From positions 480,001 through 544,000 of the forward strand of contig CBDCQT010000010.1 in the NCBI GenBank assembly GCA_965220745.1: a DNA stretch of 64,000 bases, read 5' to 3'. Below, one piece after another: positions 1 to 8,526 of the stretch. The translations under genes were made by a program, and so were the position numbers. This DNA is from Alphaproteobacteria bacterium. GTDB lineage: Bacteria > Pseudomonadota > Alphaproteobacteria > UBA828. The first letter of the stretch is position 1; each line of letters opens with the position of its first letter. Below the pieces are notes generated by a model. The model did not search any database. It saw nothing but the letters and a program-made list of their open reading frames with translations, and was not told the DNA's origin.

Positions 1-192
1 CGCTTCGTGGAGGAGCGCATGATCCCCATGAACCAGCCGGTCCTGGACGCTTACATGGCCGAGCTCAACGGCATCCTCAACGACCCCATCGCCTACCATC
101 AGATGGGCTACAGCATCCTGGAGCGGCGCAAAGTGCTCTACGAGGAGTTCTTCGGGAAATGCCTCATCGGGGCTGTGGAGGGCGCACAATGA
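1..192 (+). CDS. Hypothetical protein, probably 5'-partial (IS passenger)
   Basis: Open frame from the window start. Its stop overlaps the ATG of the next gene (ATGA at 189-192). Confidence 0.45.
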   Translation, partial: RFVEERMIPMNQPVLDAYMAELNGILNDPIAYHQMGYSILERRKVLYEEFFGKCLIGAVEGAQ

Positions 193-653
193 AGTCCCCG
201 ACGCGCCTGATCGCCACGGCCATCCTTTCCATGCTGATTGCAGCCCCCGCAACCGCACATATTCCGAAGCACTGCCAGTCCGACGCCCTCACGCTTGTGA
301 TAGAACTTGAGGTCGAACGCCGTGCCCGTGTGGCTCTGAACAAGACGGCATCGGACAAAGAGGACTTGGTCAGAAAGCTCTCGGCACACTGGAAGGCAAG
401 CGACGACGTGGCAGTGACAGCCGAGCGCTTCTTACTATGTGCCGAGGATCGATCCGAGGACCAATGTACTACGGGAGGAGAAATGACCGAGCCAAGTGAT
501 AAGCGTCCCGAGTCAGTCCCGGATGACTACGGACCGATCTACATCACGGCGAACGATGGCACGCGCATTCTCGTGTGGGGACGTGTCGTGGAAACAGTGC
601 TCCCTGACGGCACGAAGAAACTTGTGATCGAGGGGATTGTCCCTGAGGAGTAG
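189..653 (+). CDS. Small secreted protein (signal peptide, AHIPxxC motif), in frame with a second small ORF starting at 483
   Basis: MKSPTRLIATAILSMLIAAPATA signal peptide followed by HIPKHC. Internal RBS GGAGGAG at 474-480 precedes ATG 483. Confidence 0.6.
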   Translation: MKSPTRLIATAILSMLIAAPATAHIPKHCQSDALTLVIELEVERRARVALNKTASDKEDLVRKLSAHWKASDDVAVTAERFLLCAEDRSEDQCTTGGEMTEPSDKRPESVPDDYGPIYITANDGTRILVWGRVVETVLPDGTKKLVIEGIVPEE

Positions 654-854
654 CTCCGACTCGTCTGCGTTGAGGGCAGGCCCTTCGCCGGGAGGCCAGT
701 CGAAGGTTACTCCTCTCTCACCGTTCTCAAAGGTAAGGATGATGCCACCGATCTCTCTGGACATGGCTCTGGGCTCCGGCTAGGTTCTTCCAACCGGAGC
801 TTCACTCGCCTATTCGCCGCCCGCCTGGGCCGTCAAACCTGCGGGGCGCTTACT

Positions 855-1835
855 TTAGGCTCTCGCGCCGGACGGAAGCCCATTGTCCGCGATCAAGTCC
901 GCGTAGGTTAGCCGCTTCCCGGCCATCCGTCTAACGGTCTCTGCCATAATGTCGATAGTGTTCAGAGGGCGCAGGTTGTGGCGCGTAACGAACTCGGCGA
1001 GGTATCGGTGGAGGTGCTTGGGGCTGAACTTGTGGTAGGTCCCTTTGTGGGATCGCTTGATCGTTGCCCAGAAGCTCTCAATGCCCTGCGTTCCGACGCC
1101 GTCCCGGTAGTACTCACCGGCGCTGTGTCGGACGGTGTCGTGCTCGAAGGGCATGCCTTTGTAGGCTCTCCACTCGTCGGTGTAGACCTGAGCGCCGGGC
1201 AAGACATGCTCGCTGAGAAAGCCGTGCAGGGTATCGCGATCGGCCGACTCGATGACCTTGGCGCTGACCTTGTTGGAGGCACGGTCTTTGATACCGAGGA
1301 CGGCGGTCTTGCCGTCGCTGCCGCTGGCCTTGAGAGCCTTGCGCCTGGAGTAATGCATGCTCCTCATCTTGCCCCCGATGTAGACCTCATCGGCCTCTAC
1401 TGGTCCGGCCATGTTGCCGGGCATATCGCCCCACGCTTCCCGTAGACGCTGAGCCATGAAGTAGGCGGACTTCTGGGTGATACCCAGGTCTCGGTGGAGC
1501 TTCATGGACGAGACGCCCTTGAGGGACGTAGACCAGAGGTAGATGGCGACGGCCCACTTCTGGGCTCCGATCTTGGAGCGGTGCATGACGGAGCCTGTTT
1601 TCACACTGAAGTGCCGCCGGCAGTCGCCGCACCAGTAGGGGAGGGGATTGCGGGAGGCCACAGGGCGGAGCTTTTCGGAACAGCCGCACAGGGGGCAGTG
1701 GGAGGGCTTTCCGGCCTCTCCCCAGCGCTGCGCCTCGAACCAGCGCTCTGCGGTGGGGTCGTCGGGAAACAGATCAAACAACTCGACAAGCGAGATGCCC
1801 TCGCGGAATGCCTTGCCGGGTGCTTTTGCGGTCAT
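855..1835 (-). CDS. IS1595-family DDE transposase
   Basis: N-terminal Zn ribbon (CPLCG...WCGDC), HTH (SSMKLHRDLGITQKSAYFM) and catalytic motifs EADE / YTDE / GIES, plus KHLHRYLAEF. Confidence 0.95.
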   Translation of the reverse strand: MTAKAPGKAFREGISLVELFDLFPDDPTAERWFEAQRWGEAGKPSHCPLCGCSEKLRPVASRNPLPYWCGDCRRHFSVKTGSVMHRSKIGAQKWAVAIYLWSTSLKGVSSMKLHRDLGITQKSAYFMAQRLREAWGDMPGNMAGPVEADEVYIGGKMRSMHYSRRKALKASGSDGKTAVLGIKDRASNKVSAKVIESADRDTLHGFLSEHVLPGAQVYTDEWRAYKGMPFEHDTVRHSAGEYYRDGVGTQGIESFWATIKRSHKGTYHKFSPKHLHRYLAEFVTRHNLRPLNTIDIMAETVRRMAGKRLTYADLIADNGLPSGARA

Positions 1836-1905
1836 AGCTGTTTACTCCCTGGGCTGTCTGCAATACCGTTGACGGACGGACGACCAGCCGTAGAGACGAG
1901 ACCCC

Positions 1906-2109
1906 ATGGCCCTAATGCTGTCGAAGACCTACGATGCCCTGCGGGCCGCCGGGGCGCCCGCAGACCTTGCGCGAGAAGCCGCCGAGGAGATCGCCAGTTT
2001 GGACGAGAGGCTGAGCCGCCTCGACCGGCGATTGGCTATCCTGGACATCAAGGTAACGCTCATCGGCGCGGCCACCCTTGCACTCGTCGTCAAGGCGTTT
2101 GCCCTATAG
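1906..2109 (+). CDS. Small coiled-coil protein with C-terminal TM helix (DUF1640/CCDC90-like passenger)
   Basis: YDALRAAGAPADLAREAAE head, heptad-like middle and hydrophobic C-terminus. Confidence 0.6.
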   Translation: MALMLSKTYDALRAAGAPADLAREAAEEIASLDERLSRLDRRLAILDIKVTLIGAATLALVVKAFAL

Positions 2110-2141
2110 CCCGACAACTCCCATCTTCTCCTCGTCTGGAA

Positions 2142-2465
2142 TCAGCCGATACACTCGAACAACAAGACCAGAGCACCATTGGCCTCCAGCTCGGCTACGT
2201 CCCGGTCTCGAACCATCCGCACGATGTCGGCCGCTTCCTCTGGAGTGAGGCGATGCACACGATCCCTCCTGGCTTCGAGCCAGTCACCATAGGCATCCAA
2301 AGCCTGATCGACCTGGGATTGAGCGGCGGCGAAGCGATCAATGGCAGGATCGCATCGGGCAGGGATGTGGGCACTTGCCGTTGTGCTGAACGACAGTGCT
2401 GCCGTCAGAGCGAGAACCCCGCTCAACATTGATGTGACCGCTCTACCCGGTGCCCCACGCATCAC
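2142..2465 (-). CDS. Small secreted protein with AHIPxxC motif (paralogue-like of 189-653)
   Basis: GGAGG RBS upstream; signal peptide ending TASA, then HIPARC; C-terminal FECIG. Confidence 0.65.
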   Translation of the reverse strand: MMRGAPGRAVTSMLSGVLALTAALSFSTTASAHIPARCDPAIDRFAAAQSQVDQALDAYGDWLEARRDRVHRLTPEEAADIVRMVRDRDVAELEANGALVLLFECIG

Positions 2466-2504
2466 CCGATCCTCCTAGTCATCTTCATTCTAGGCTCCGC
2501 TGCC

Positions 2505-2528
2505 CGCTTAGTCAAGGATATAATGTCC
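2505..2528. repeat. Putative IS1595 terminal inverted repeat
   Basis: CGCTTAGTCAAGGATATAATGTCC, whose reverse complement begins GGACATTAT. The partner end is not visible. Confidence 0.6.
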
Positions 2529-4813
2529 AATATTTCGCATGTCTCATCAGACAGGACGAGAGCCCGTGGCGTTCCGGTTCCACCTATCTCGTGACCCTGA
2601 CGCACGACGGCAGGGTGTTCGTCCACGCGAAGGACATGTCCTTGTCGGGCAGGAAACTCAAGCCCTCGATCTACAGAGGGATCCTTCGAGCGTTGGGAAT
2701 CAACCCTGCCGACCTGGCGAACCCCGCTGCGTTCCGGGCTGCGTTCGCTGCAGCCGAAGCCGGGAACGGCGGCTCGTTCGATATTCCAAGTGTCCCCGGT
2801 GCTTCGGGCTACGCGAGCGCCTATACCTCGCTTAGTTTCAGGACTCCCGCCGTTCTGCTCGCAGGATTCGATCTCAACGAGTCTCACTTGGCTGCGGAAC
2901 AAATCGATTACGGCGACCCGGCAGTTACTGCCGCGGACGTGGTGGACCGCGCGACCCTGAAGGCCTTCGTCACGGAAGCGGGAAACTACTTCATGGAGCT
3001 TGTGTTAACCGGCGACCCAGCCGCTGTCTCGAAGGCCAGGATCGCCATGCGCGATCCCAACGGGCCGTGGCGGCACGGTTCGGTGTACCTCTATGTCTGG
3101 AATTTGACCAGCGAGGTAATCCTGTTTCACGCCGGGTTCCCGGACACGTACGAGTTACAGCCTCTGTATCCGCCGCGCGCCCATGACGCCGTGACCGGAG
3201 AGCCAATTCTGCCGCAGCTGGTCGAGGCGGCGAAAAGCGGCCCGGAAGGCGGCTTCGTGGAGTACCATTTCGACGATCCGACAGACGACACCGATAGCGT
3301 CGACATCCCCAAGGTGGGCTATGTCCGCACGTTCTCCGATCAAATCCAGAGGGCGGACGGAAGCATTAGGCCGGTCTCTTTCGTCGTCGGCTCGGGATTC
3401 TACGGAAGTGCGCCGGAAGTGGTCGCCGAGGGCGGCAACGCGGTCATCGAGGCCGTGCTGCCGCAGGTGATGCGGGCCATGACCGCGAGCACGGTCGATG
3501 CCGTATCGGGCCGTATCGAGCGGGCAACCTCAGACACTGCGCCGGACGCAGCGTTCAGCTTCGGCGGTGCCTCCTCCCTCTCCGATGCCCTGCTGGCCAA
3601 CGGACATGCGCTGGGCAACGGCACGTTGGATTTCAGCCGGCTGCTGGCGGGCTCGTCCTTCACCATGACCCTCAATGCGGCGGGTAACGGGGGCAGTGGC
3701 CTCTTCGGAGACTTGACGTTCTGGGGCAGCGGGGACTACCGCAACATCGCCGGCGGCAACCCGCAGTCCGTCGACTACGACGGCAGCGTGGTAAGCGCCA
3801 ACCTGGGGATCGATACAAAGCTGGGTGACGACATGCTCGCAGGTGTCGCGCTGTCACAGGCGCGAGGGACGGTGGATTACACGGCCTCCAACGCGTCAGG
3901 CGAGCTCACGACCTCTCTGACCAGCGTCAACCCCTACGTGGGCTGGCAGATGGCGGGTGGCATGAACCTGTGGGCCATGGCCGGCCTTGGCTCGGGCGAG
4001 GTTGAGATCGACGATGACTCGGCGGGAGCACAGTCCAGCGACCTGACGCAGCGGATGGTGGCGGCAGGCGTGAGCGGGCCGCTGATGTCCAGCGACGAGA
4101 TGATCGCGGGCGGCACGACGACGCTGAACCTCAAGGGCGAGGTGGCCTTCACGTCGGCTGATGTCGATGGCTCCGGGAGCATTGAGAGCACGTCCTTGAG
4201 TGCCAGCCGGCAGCGTCTGCTGCTGGAAGGGGCGCACGTCCAGAAGCTCGCCTCGGGGTCGACATTCACGCCCTCGCTTGAGCTTGGCGTGCGCAACGAC
4301 GGCGGGGACGGCGAGACCGGCACCAGCATCGAGGCCGGGGGCGCTTTGCGCTATGCCGACGAGGCGTCGGGGCTGACCGTCGAGGGCCGTGTCCGGACCC
4401 TGCTCAGCCACAGCGGCGACTACGAGGAGACGGGCGTGAGCGGTCTGGTGCGTCTCGCACCGGGCGGGTCGGGCCAGGGTCTCGCGCTCGTGGTGCAGCC
4501 GGCGTGGGGCCAGACGGGCAGCGGTGTAAACCAGCTGTGGGAGAATGGCGTCACTGCTGGAGTGTCACCGGACAAGCAGGCGCGCCTGAACACGGAGGTC
4601 GGCTACGGTCTCGGCGTGGCGCCCGGCATGGGCGTGGTGACGCCCTATGCGGGGCTCGGGCTTGCGGGCGAAGGTGCGCAGTGGTGGCGCATGGGTGCGC
4701 GCTGGCAGCTTGCGTCAGCGGCGAGTGTGAGCGTCGAGGGCAGTCTGTACGAGGCCGCCAACGACAACAGGCCCGCGCACGGCCTGACGCTACGCGGCGC
4801 CTTGCGCTGGTAA
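2529..4813 (+). pseudogene. Autotransporter-domain protein with Cache-like passenger domains, 5' end apparently removed by IS insertion
   Basis: Two related segments (SPWRSGSTYLV..VFVHA; GPWRHGSVYLYV..ILFHAG..GGFVEYHFDDP..KVGYV..VVGSGFY). C-terminal beta-barrel ends in LRW. No credible start or signal peptide after the IS end. Confidence 0.7.
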
Positions 4814-4876
4814 CGCATCAGGGTCGTAACCCGCGTCACACCGGGCGCGGGTTGCGGCCGTCGCGGTATACCCGGT

Positions 4877-5269
4877 CTAGAACTTGCGGTACGCCCCGTT
4901 GAGGTCGGACATCGGGTGGCGGGGCGACATCTGAAACTTCACCAATAGCTCGCGGGCGAGCATGTCGCGATCCTGCTGGTTGTCGGGCAGCTCCAGATCC
5001 TCGGGCACCGTGACCCAGCCGTTGATATTGCGGTCGAACACCGCCGGCCGGCCTTCCTCGTAGCCCATGTGGACGTCTTCCAGCCAGTTCAGGTCGGTCC
5101 AGCCCATGGTCTCGATGTAGCGCTTGAGGAAGGGCGTGAGTCGCTCGTAGTCGGGCACCAGGTTCACATCGTAGCGATAGCCGATGTGTTGGCCGATCTC
5201 CTTCTCGCGCTCGCTGTCGAGGCCGCTCTGGCTCAGGAAGTAGTCGACGTCGCCGGTCTTGTCGCTCAT
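4877..5269 (-). CDS. Hypothetical protein, last gene of the glx-like operon
   Basis: Clean 130-aa ORF with host-like codon usage, RBS GGAG, 22 bp after glxD. Confidence 0.75.
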   Translation of the reverse strand: MSDKTGDVDYFLSQSGLDSEREKEIGQHIGYRYDVNLVPDYERLTPFLKRYIETMGWTDLNWLEDVHMGYEEGRPAVFDRNINGWVTVPEDLELPDNQQDRDMLARELLVKFQMSPRHPMSDLNGAYRKF

Positions 5270-5291
5270 GGCGCTTCTCCGGTCTGGGCTT

Positions 5292-6659
5292 CTAGTAGCG
5301 GTTCATGTCGGGGCGGCCGACGGTGTGCTGAGAGCCCGCGAGCGGCACCTGGGCCATGGCCGAGGCCTCCATGGTGAGCGCGGCGAGATCCTCCGGCTCC
5401 AGGCTGTGCACGTCGGTCTTGCCGCAGGCGCGCGCCATCATCTGGCATTCCAGCGTCAGCGTGTGCAGGAAGTTGTAGACCCGCTCCGCCGCCTCGTCAG
5501 GGTCGAGCCGCTTGCGCAGCTCCGGGTCCTGGGTGGCGACGCCCACGGGGCAGCGCCCGGTGTGGCAGTGGTAGCAATAGCCGGCCTCGACCCCGATCTC
5601 GGCCTCGAAGTCGGCCTCCGGGATGTCCTTGTTGCAGTTGAGCGCCATCATCACCGAATGGCCGATGGCGACCGCATCGGCGCCCAGGGCGAGCGCCTTG
5701 GCGATGTCGCCGCCGTTGCGCACGCCGCCGGCGTAGACGAGGCTGATGCTGCCGGAGGCGCCGAGGTCGTCCAACGCCTTGCGCGCCTGGCGGATCGCCG
5801 CGATACCGGGCACGCCGGTCTCCTCGGTCGCGAGATGCGGGCCGGCGCCGGTGGAGCCCTCCATGCCGTCGATATAGATGCTGTCCGGGCCGGTCTTGAT
5901 CGCCATGCGCACGTCGTCATAGACGCGGGCGGCGCCCAGCTTGAGCTGGATCGGGATCTCGGCGTTGGTGGCCTCGCGAATCTCGTTGATCTTGAGCGCG
6001 AGGTCGTCAGGCCCCAGCCAGTCGGGATGGCGCGCCGGCGAGCGCTGGTCGATGCCGGCCGGCAGCGAGCGCATCTCCGCCACCTGGTCGGTGACCTTCT
6101 GGCCCATCAGGTGGCCGCCGAGCCCCACCTTGCAGCCCTGGCCGATGAAGAACTCGCAGGCATCCGCGAGCCGCAGGTGGTGCGGGTTGAAGCCGTAGCG
6201 GGACTGGATGCACTGGTAGAGCCACTTCTCGGAGTAGCGGCGCTCGTCGGGGATCATGCCGCCTTCGCCGGAGCACGTGGCGGTGCCGGCCATGGTGGCG
6301 CCGCGCGCGAGCGCGGTTTTGGCCTCGTAGGAGAGCGCGCCGAAGCTCATGCCGGTGACGTAGACCGGGATGTCGAGTACCAGCGGCCGCTTGGCCTTGG
6401 GCCCGATCACCGTCGTGGTCGTGCACTTCTCGCGGTAGCCCTCGATGACGAAGCGCGTGAGCGTGCCCGGCAGGAAGGTGAGATCGTCGAAGGTCGGGAT
6501 ATTCTTGAAGAGCGAGAAGCCGCGCATCCGGTAGCGGCCGAGCTCCGCCTTGATGTGGATGTCGTCGATCACCTCCGGCGAGAAGATGCGGCTCCGCCCC
6601 AGGATGTGACGGTTGCGGCTGGGCCGGTTGGCGACGGCTTCGCGTCTGTCGCTGGCCAT
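5292..6659 (-). CDS. glxD: FMN-binding glutamate synthase family protein (GlxD/MgsC-like)
   Basis: GMSFGALS, SGEGG, IGQGCKVGLGG, DGMEGSTGA, CYHCHTGRCPVGVATQ (3Fe-4S). Start set at MASDRR. Confidence 0.85.
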   Translation of the reverse strand: MASDRREAVANRPSRNRHILGRSRIFSPEVIDDIHIKAELGRYRMRGFSLFKNIPTFDDLTFLPGTLTRFVIEGYREKCTTTTVIGPKAKRPLVLDIPVYVTGMSFGALSYEAKTALARGATMAGTATCSGEGGMIPDERRYSEKWLYQCIQSRYGFNPHHLRLADACEFFIGQGCKVGLGGHLMGQKVTDQVAEMRSLPAGIDQRSPARHPDWLGPDDLALKINEIREATNAEIPIQLKLGAARVYDDVRMAIKTGPDSIYIDGMEGSTGAGPHLATEETGVPGIAAIRQARKALDDLGASGSISLVYAGGVRNGGDIAKALALGADAVAIGHSVMMALNCNKDIPEADFEAEIGVEAGYCYHCHTGRCPVGVATQDPELRKRLDPDEAAERVYNFLHTLTLECQMMARACGKTDVHSLEPEDLAALTMEASAMAQVPLAGSQHTVGRPDMNRY

Positions 6660-6697
6660 GACGGGCTCCTTGCAGGGTAGCGAGAGGCTGCGCTCGG

Positions 6698-7549
6698 CTA
6701 GAGCGCGATCTTCTTCTCGGTCGGCTCGAGGTTGTCGTAGTTCCAAAGCTGCTTGCCGGCGACGATCTTGGTCAGGTTCGCGACGCTGTTGGGCGCCTCC
6801 AGGCCGTAGGTCGCGAGCTTGTTTTCGAGCCAGCGCGCTTCGACGTCGGTCATCTCGCCGGGGACGGCATCGACACCGAGGGAGGCGATGGTGCCGCCGA
6901 CGAAGATCGTGCCGTCATAAAGCGAATCGCCGAGGTTGATACCGGCGTCACCGAGAATGACGATGCGCCCGCGCTGCATCATGAAGCCGGTGAACGCGCC
7001 GGCGCGGCCGCCGATGATGATGGTGCCGCCCTTCATGTCGATGCCGGTGCGCGAGCCCACGTCGCCCTTGCAGACGAGATCGCCGCCCCTGAGCGCTGCG
7101 CCGAAGGTGGAGCCTGCGTTCTTCTCGATCACCACGACGCCCGCCATCATGTTCTCGGCGCAGGACCAGCCGACGCGGCCCTTGATGTGAATGTTCGGGC
7201 CATCGACCAGGCCGCAGCCGAAGTAACCGAGGCTGCCCTCGAAATCGAGCTTGAGGCGATTGAGGATGCCGACGCCGAGGGAGTGCTTGGCGAGCGGATT
7301 CTGGACCACGATGTGGCCGTAGCCCTCGCCCATCAGCTCACGGATGCGGAGGTTGACCTCGGGCCCGTCCATCTCGGCTGCGTCGATCGTCGCCTTCTTG
7401 GTGAAATCGACATCGAAGCCCTCGGGATAGGTGTAGTTGTCGCCCTCCTCGGGATAGAAGAAGACCTGCTGGGTGCGGCCGGCGAGCTGCTCCGCGTGCA
7501 GCCCCATGTCATGGGATTTGTGCCGGTCGTCGGGGCTCAGTTCTGCCAT
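6698..7549 (-). CDS. glxC: GXGXG-repeat glutamate synthase alpha C-terminal-like protein (GlxC/MgsB-like)
   Basis: GSLGYFGCG, AENMMAG, GIDMKGG, GFMMQRG beta-helix repeats; ends KQLWNY. Confidence 0.85.
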   Translation of the reverse strand: MAELSPDDRHKSHDMGLHAEQLAGRTQQVFFYPEEGDNYTYPEGFDVDFTKKATIDAAEMDGPEVNLRIRELMGEGYGHIVVQNPLAKHSLGVGILNRLKLDFEGSLGYFGCGLVDGPNIHIKGRVGWSCAENMMAGVVVIEKNAGSTFGAALRGGDLVCKGDVGSRTGIDMKGGTIIIGGRAGAFTGFMMQRGRIVILGDAGINLGDSLYDGTIFVGGTIASLGVDAVPGEMTDVEARWLENKLATYGLEAPNSVANLTKIVAGKQLWNYDNLEPTEKKIAL

Positions 7550-8493
7550 ACCTTGACCTCCCCTTCGTAGGGATCCCAGGTGTCGATCTCGTCCGGCATG
7601 ATGCCGCGGATCGCGACCTCCTCGGAGGCGAGGCCGACGAAATCGTCGCTCTCGTAGAGCACCATGGGCTTGGCGGCCATGGTGTCCTTGGCCATGCCCA
7701 GGCTGTCCGCCGTCGCCACCAGATAGGTGAAGACGCCGTCGAGCTCGCCCACCGAGCGGTCCATCGCCTCCTTGAGCGTGTCGCCCCGTTCGATGCGGTC
7801 CGCCAGATAGACGGCGATCAGCTCGGAATCGCAGTTGGACATGAAGCGATGGCCCCGGTGCTCCAGCGCCCGGCGGAACTTCCAGTAGTTGGTGAGCTGG
7901 CCGTTGTGGACCACCGAGATGTCGTTGAAGGGATAGGCCCAGTAGGGGTGGGCCGAGCGGATATCGACGTCCGATTCCGTGGCCATCCGGGTGTGGCCGA
8001 TGGCGTGGGTGCCCTGGAAGCCGGCGAGGTCGTACTGCTCGCTCACGATGCCGGCGTCGCCGAGATCCTTGATCAGCTCCAGCGCGCGGCCGAGGGATAG
8101 AATCTCCGCGCCTTCGACATCCTCGATGTAGTCGGCGAAGCGCTTGAGCCGCTGCTGGCCGCCATCGTCATCGGCGGGGAAGCGCAGGCGATAGCGGTAC
8201 GCGTACTCGGTCGCCTGTTCCTCGCTGACGATCTCCACATCCATGCTGCGGATGCGCTTGTCCACCTCGGCCTTGCGGTCCTTGATCTGCTGGTGGATTT
8301 CGAAGCCTTTGCCGATGTCCTCCTGCTCCGCCACCTTGAAGCGCATCACGTGGTCGCTCTCGACCGGGATGCCGTAGATGGCGAAGCCGGTGGAATCCGG
8401 CCCGCGGTGTTTGAGCGCCTGGAGCATCGTGGTCATCTCCGCCCCGATGTCGCCGCTCGATCCGCGATGGATCAGTCCTGCTATCCCGCACAT
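7537..8493 (-). CDS. glxB: Class II (Ntn) glutamine amidotransferase (GlxB/MgsA-like)
   Basis: N-terminal MCGIAG, HRGPDSTG, GHTRMATES, AHP, VHNGQLTN, DSE. Confidence 0.85.
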   Translation of the reverse strand: MCGIAGLIHRGSSGDIGAEMTTMLQALKHRGPDSTGFAIYGIPVESDHVMRFKVAEQEDIGKGFEIHQQIKDRKAEVDKRIRSMDVEIVSEEQATEYAYRYRLRFPADDDGGQQRLKRFADYIEDVEGAEILSLGRALELIKDLGDAGIVSEQYDLAGFQGTHAIGHTRMATESDVDIRSAHPYWAYPFNDISVVHNGQLTNYWKFRRALEHRGHRFMSNCDSELIAVYLADRIERGDTLKEAMDRSVGELDGVFTYLVATADSLGMAKDTMAAKPMVLYESDDFVGLASEEVAIRGIMPDEIDTWDPYEGEVKVWQN

Positions 8494-8526
8494 GGGCGCC
8501 TCGTCTTATCCGTTGGTTAGGGCAGG

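Larger units (their letters stand above)
1..2528 (-). mobile_element. IS1595-family (ISNwi1-like) insertion sequence with passenger genes; left end presumably outside the window
   Basis: Transposase at 855-1835. Candidate terminal inverted repeat ends at 2528 (minus strand GGACATTATATCCTTGACTAAG, matching the ggnnatTAT ISNwi1-type end). Several small ORFs lie between the transposase and this end. Confidence 0.65.

Noticed and set aside
513-764. 83-aa minus-strand ORF downstream of the transposase
   Set aside because: It overlaps the plus-strand ORF by about 140 nt and has no recognisable motif. It may be real, but I cannot support it.
2450-2528. Apparent N-terminus of the 787-aa autotransporter ORF
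   Set aside because: It lies within the IS end and overlaps the opposite-strand gene start, with no RBS or signal peptide. Treated as a chance open frame.
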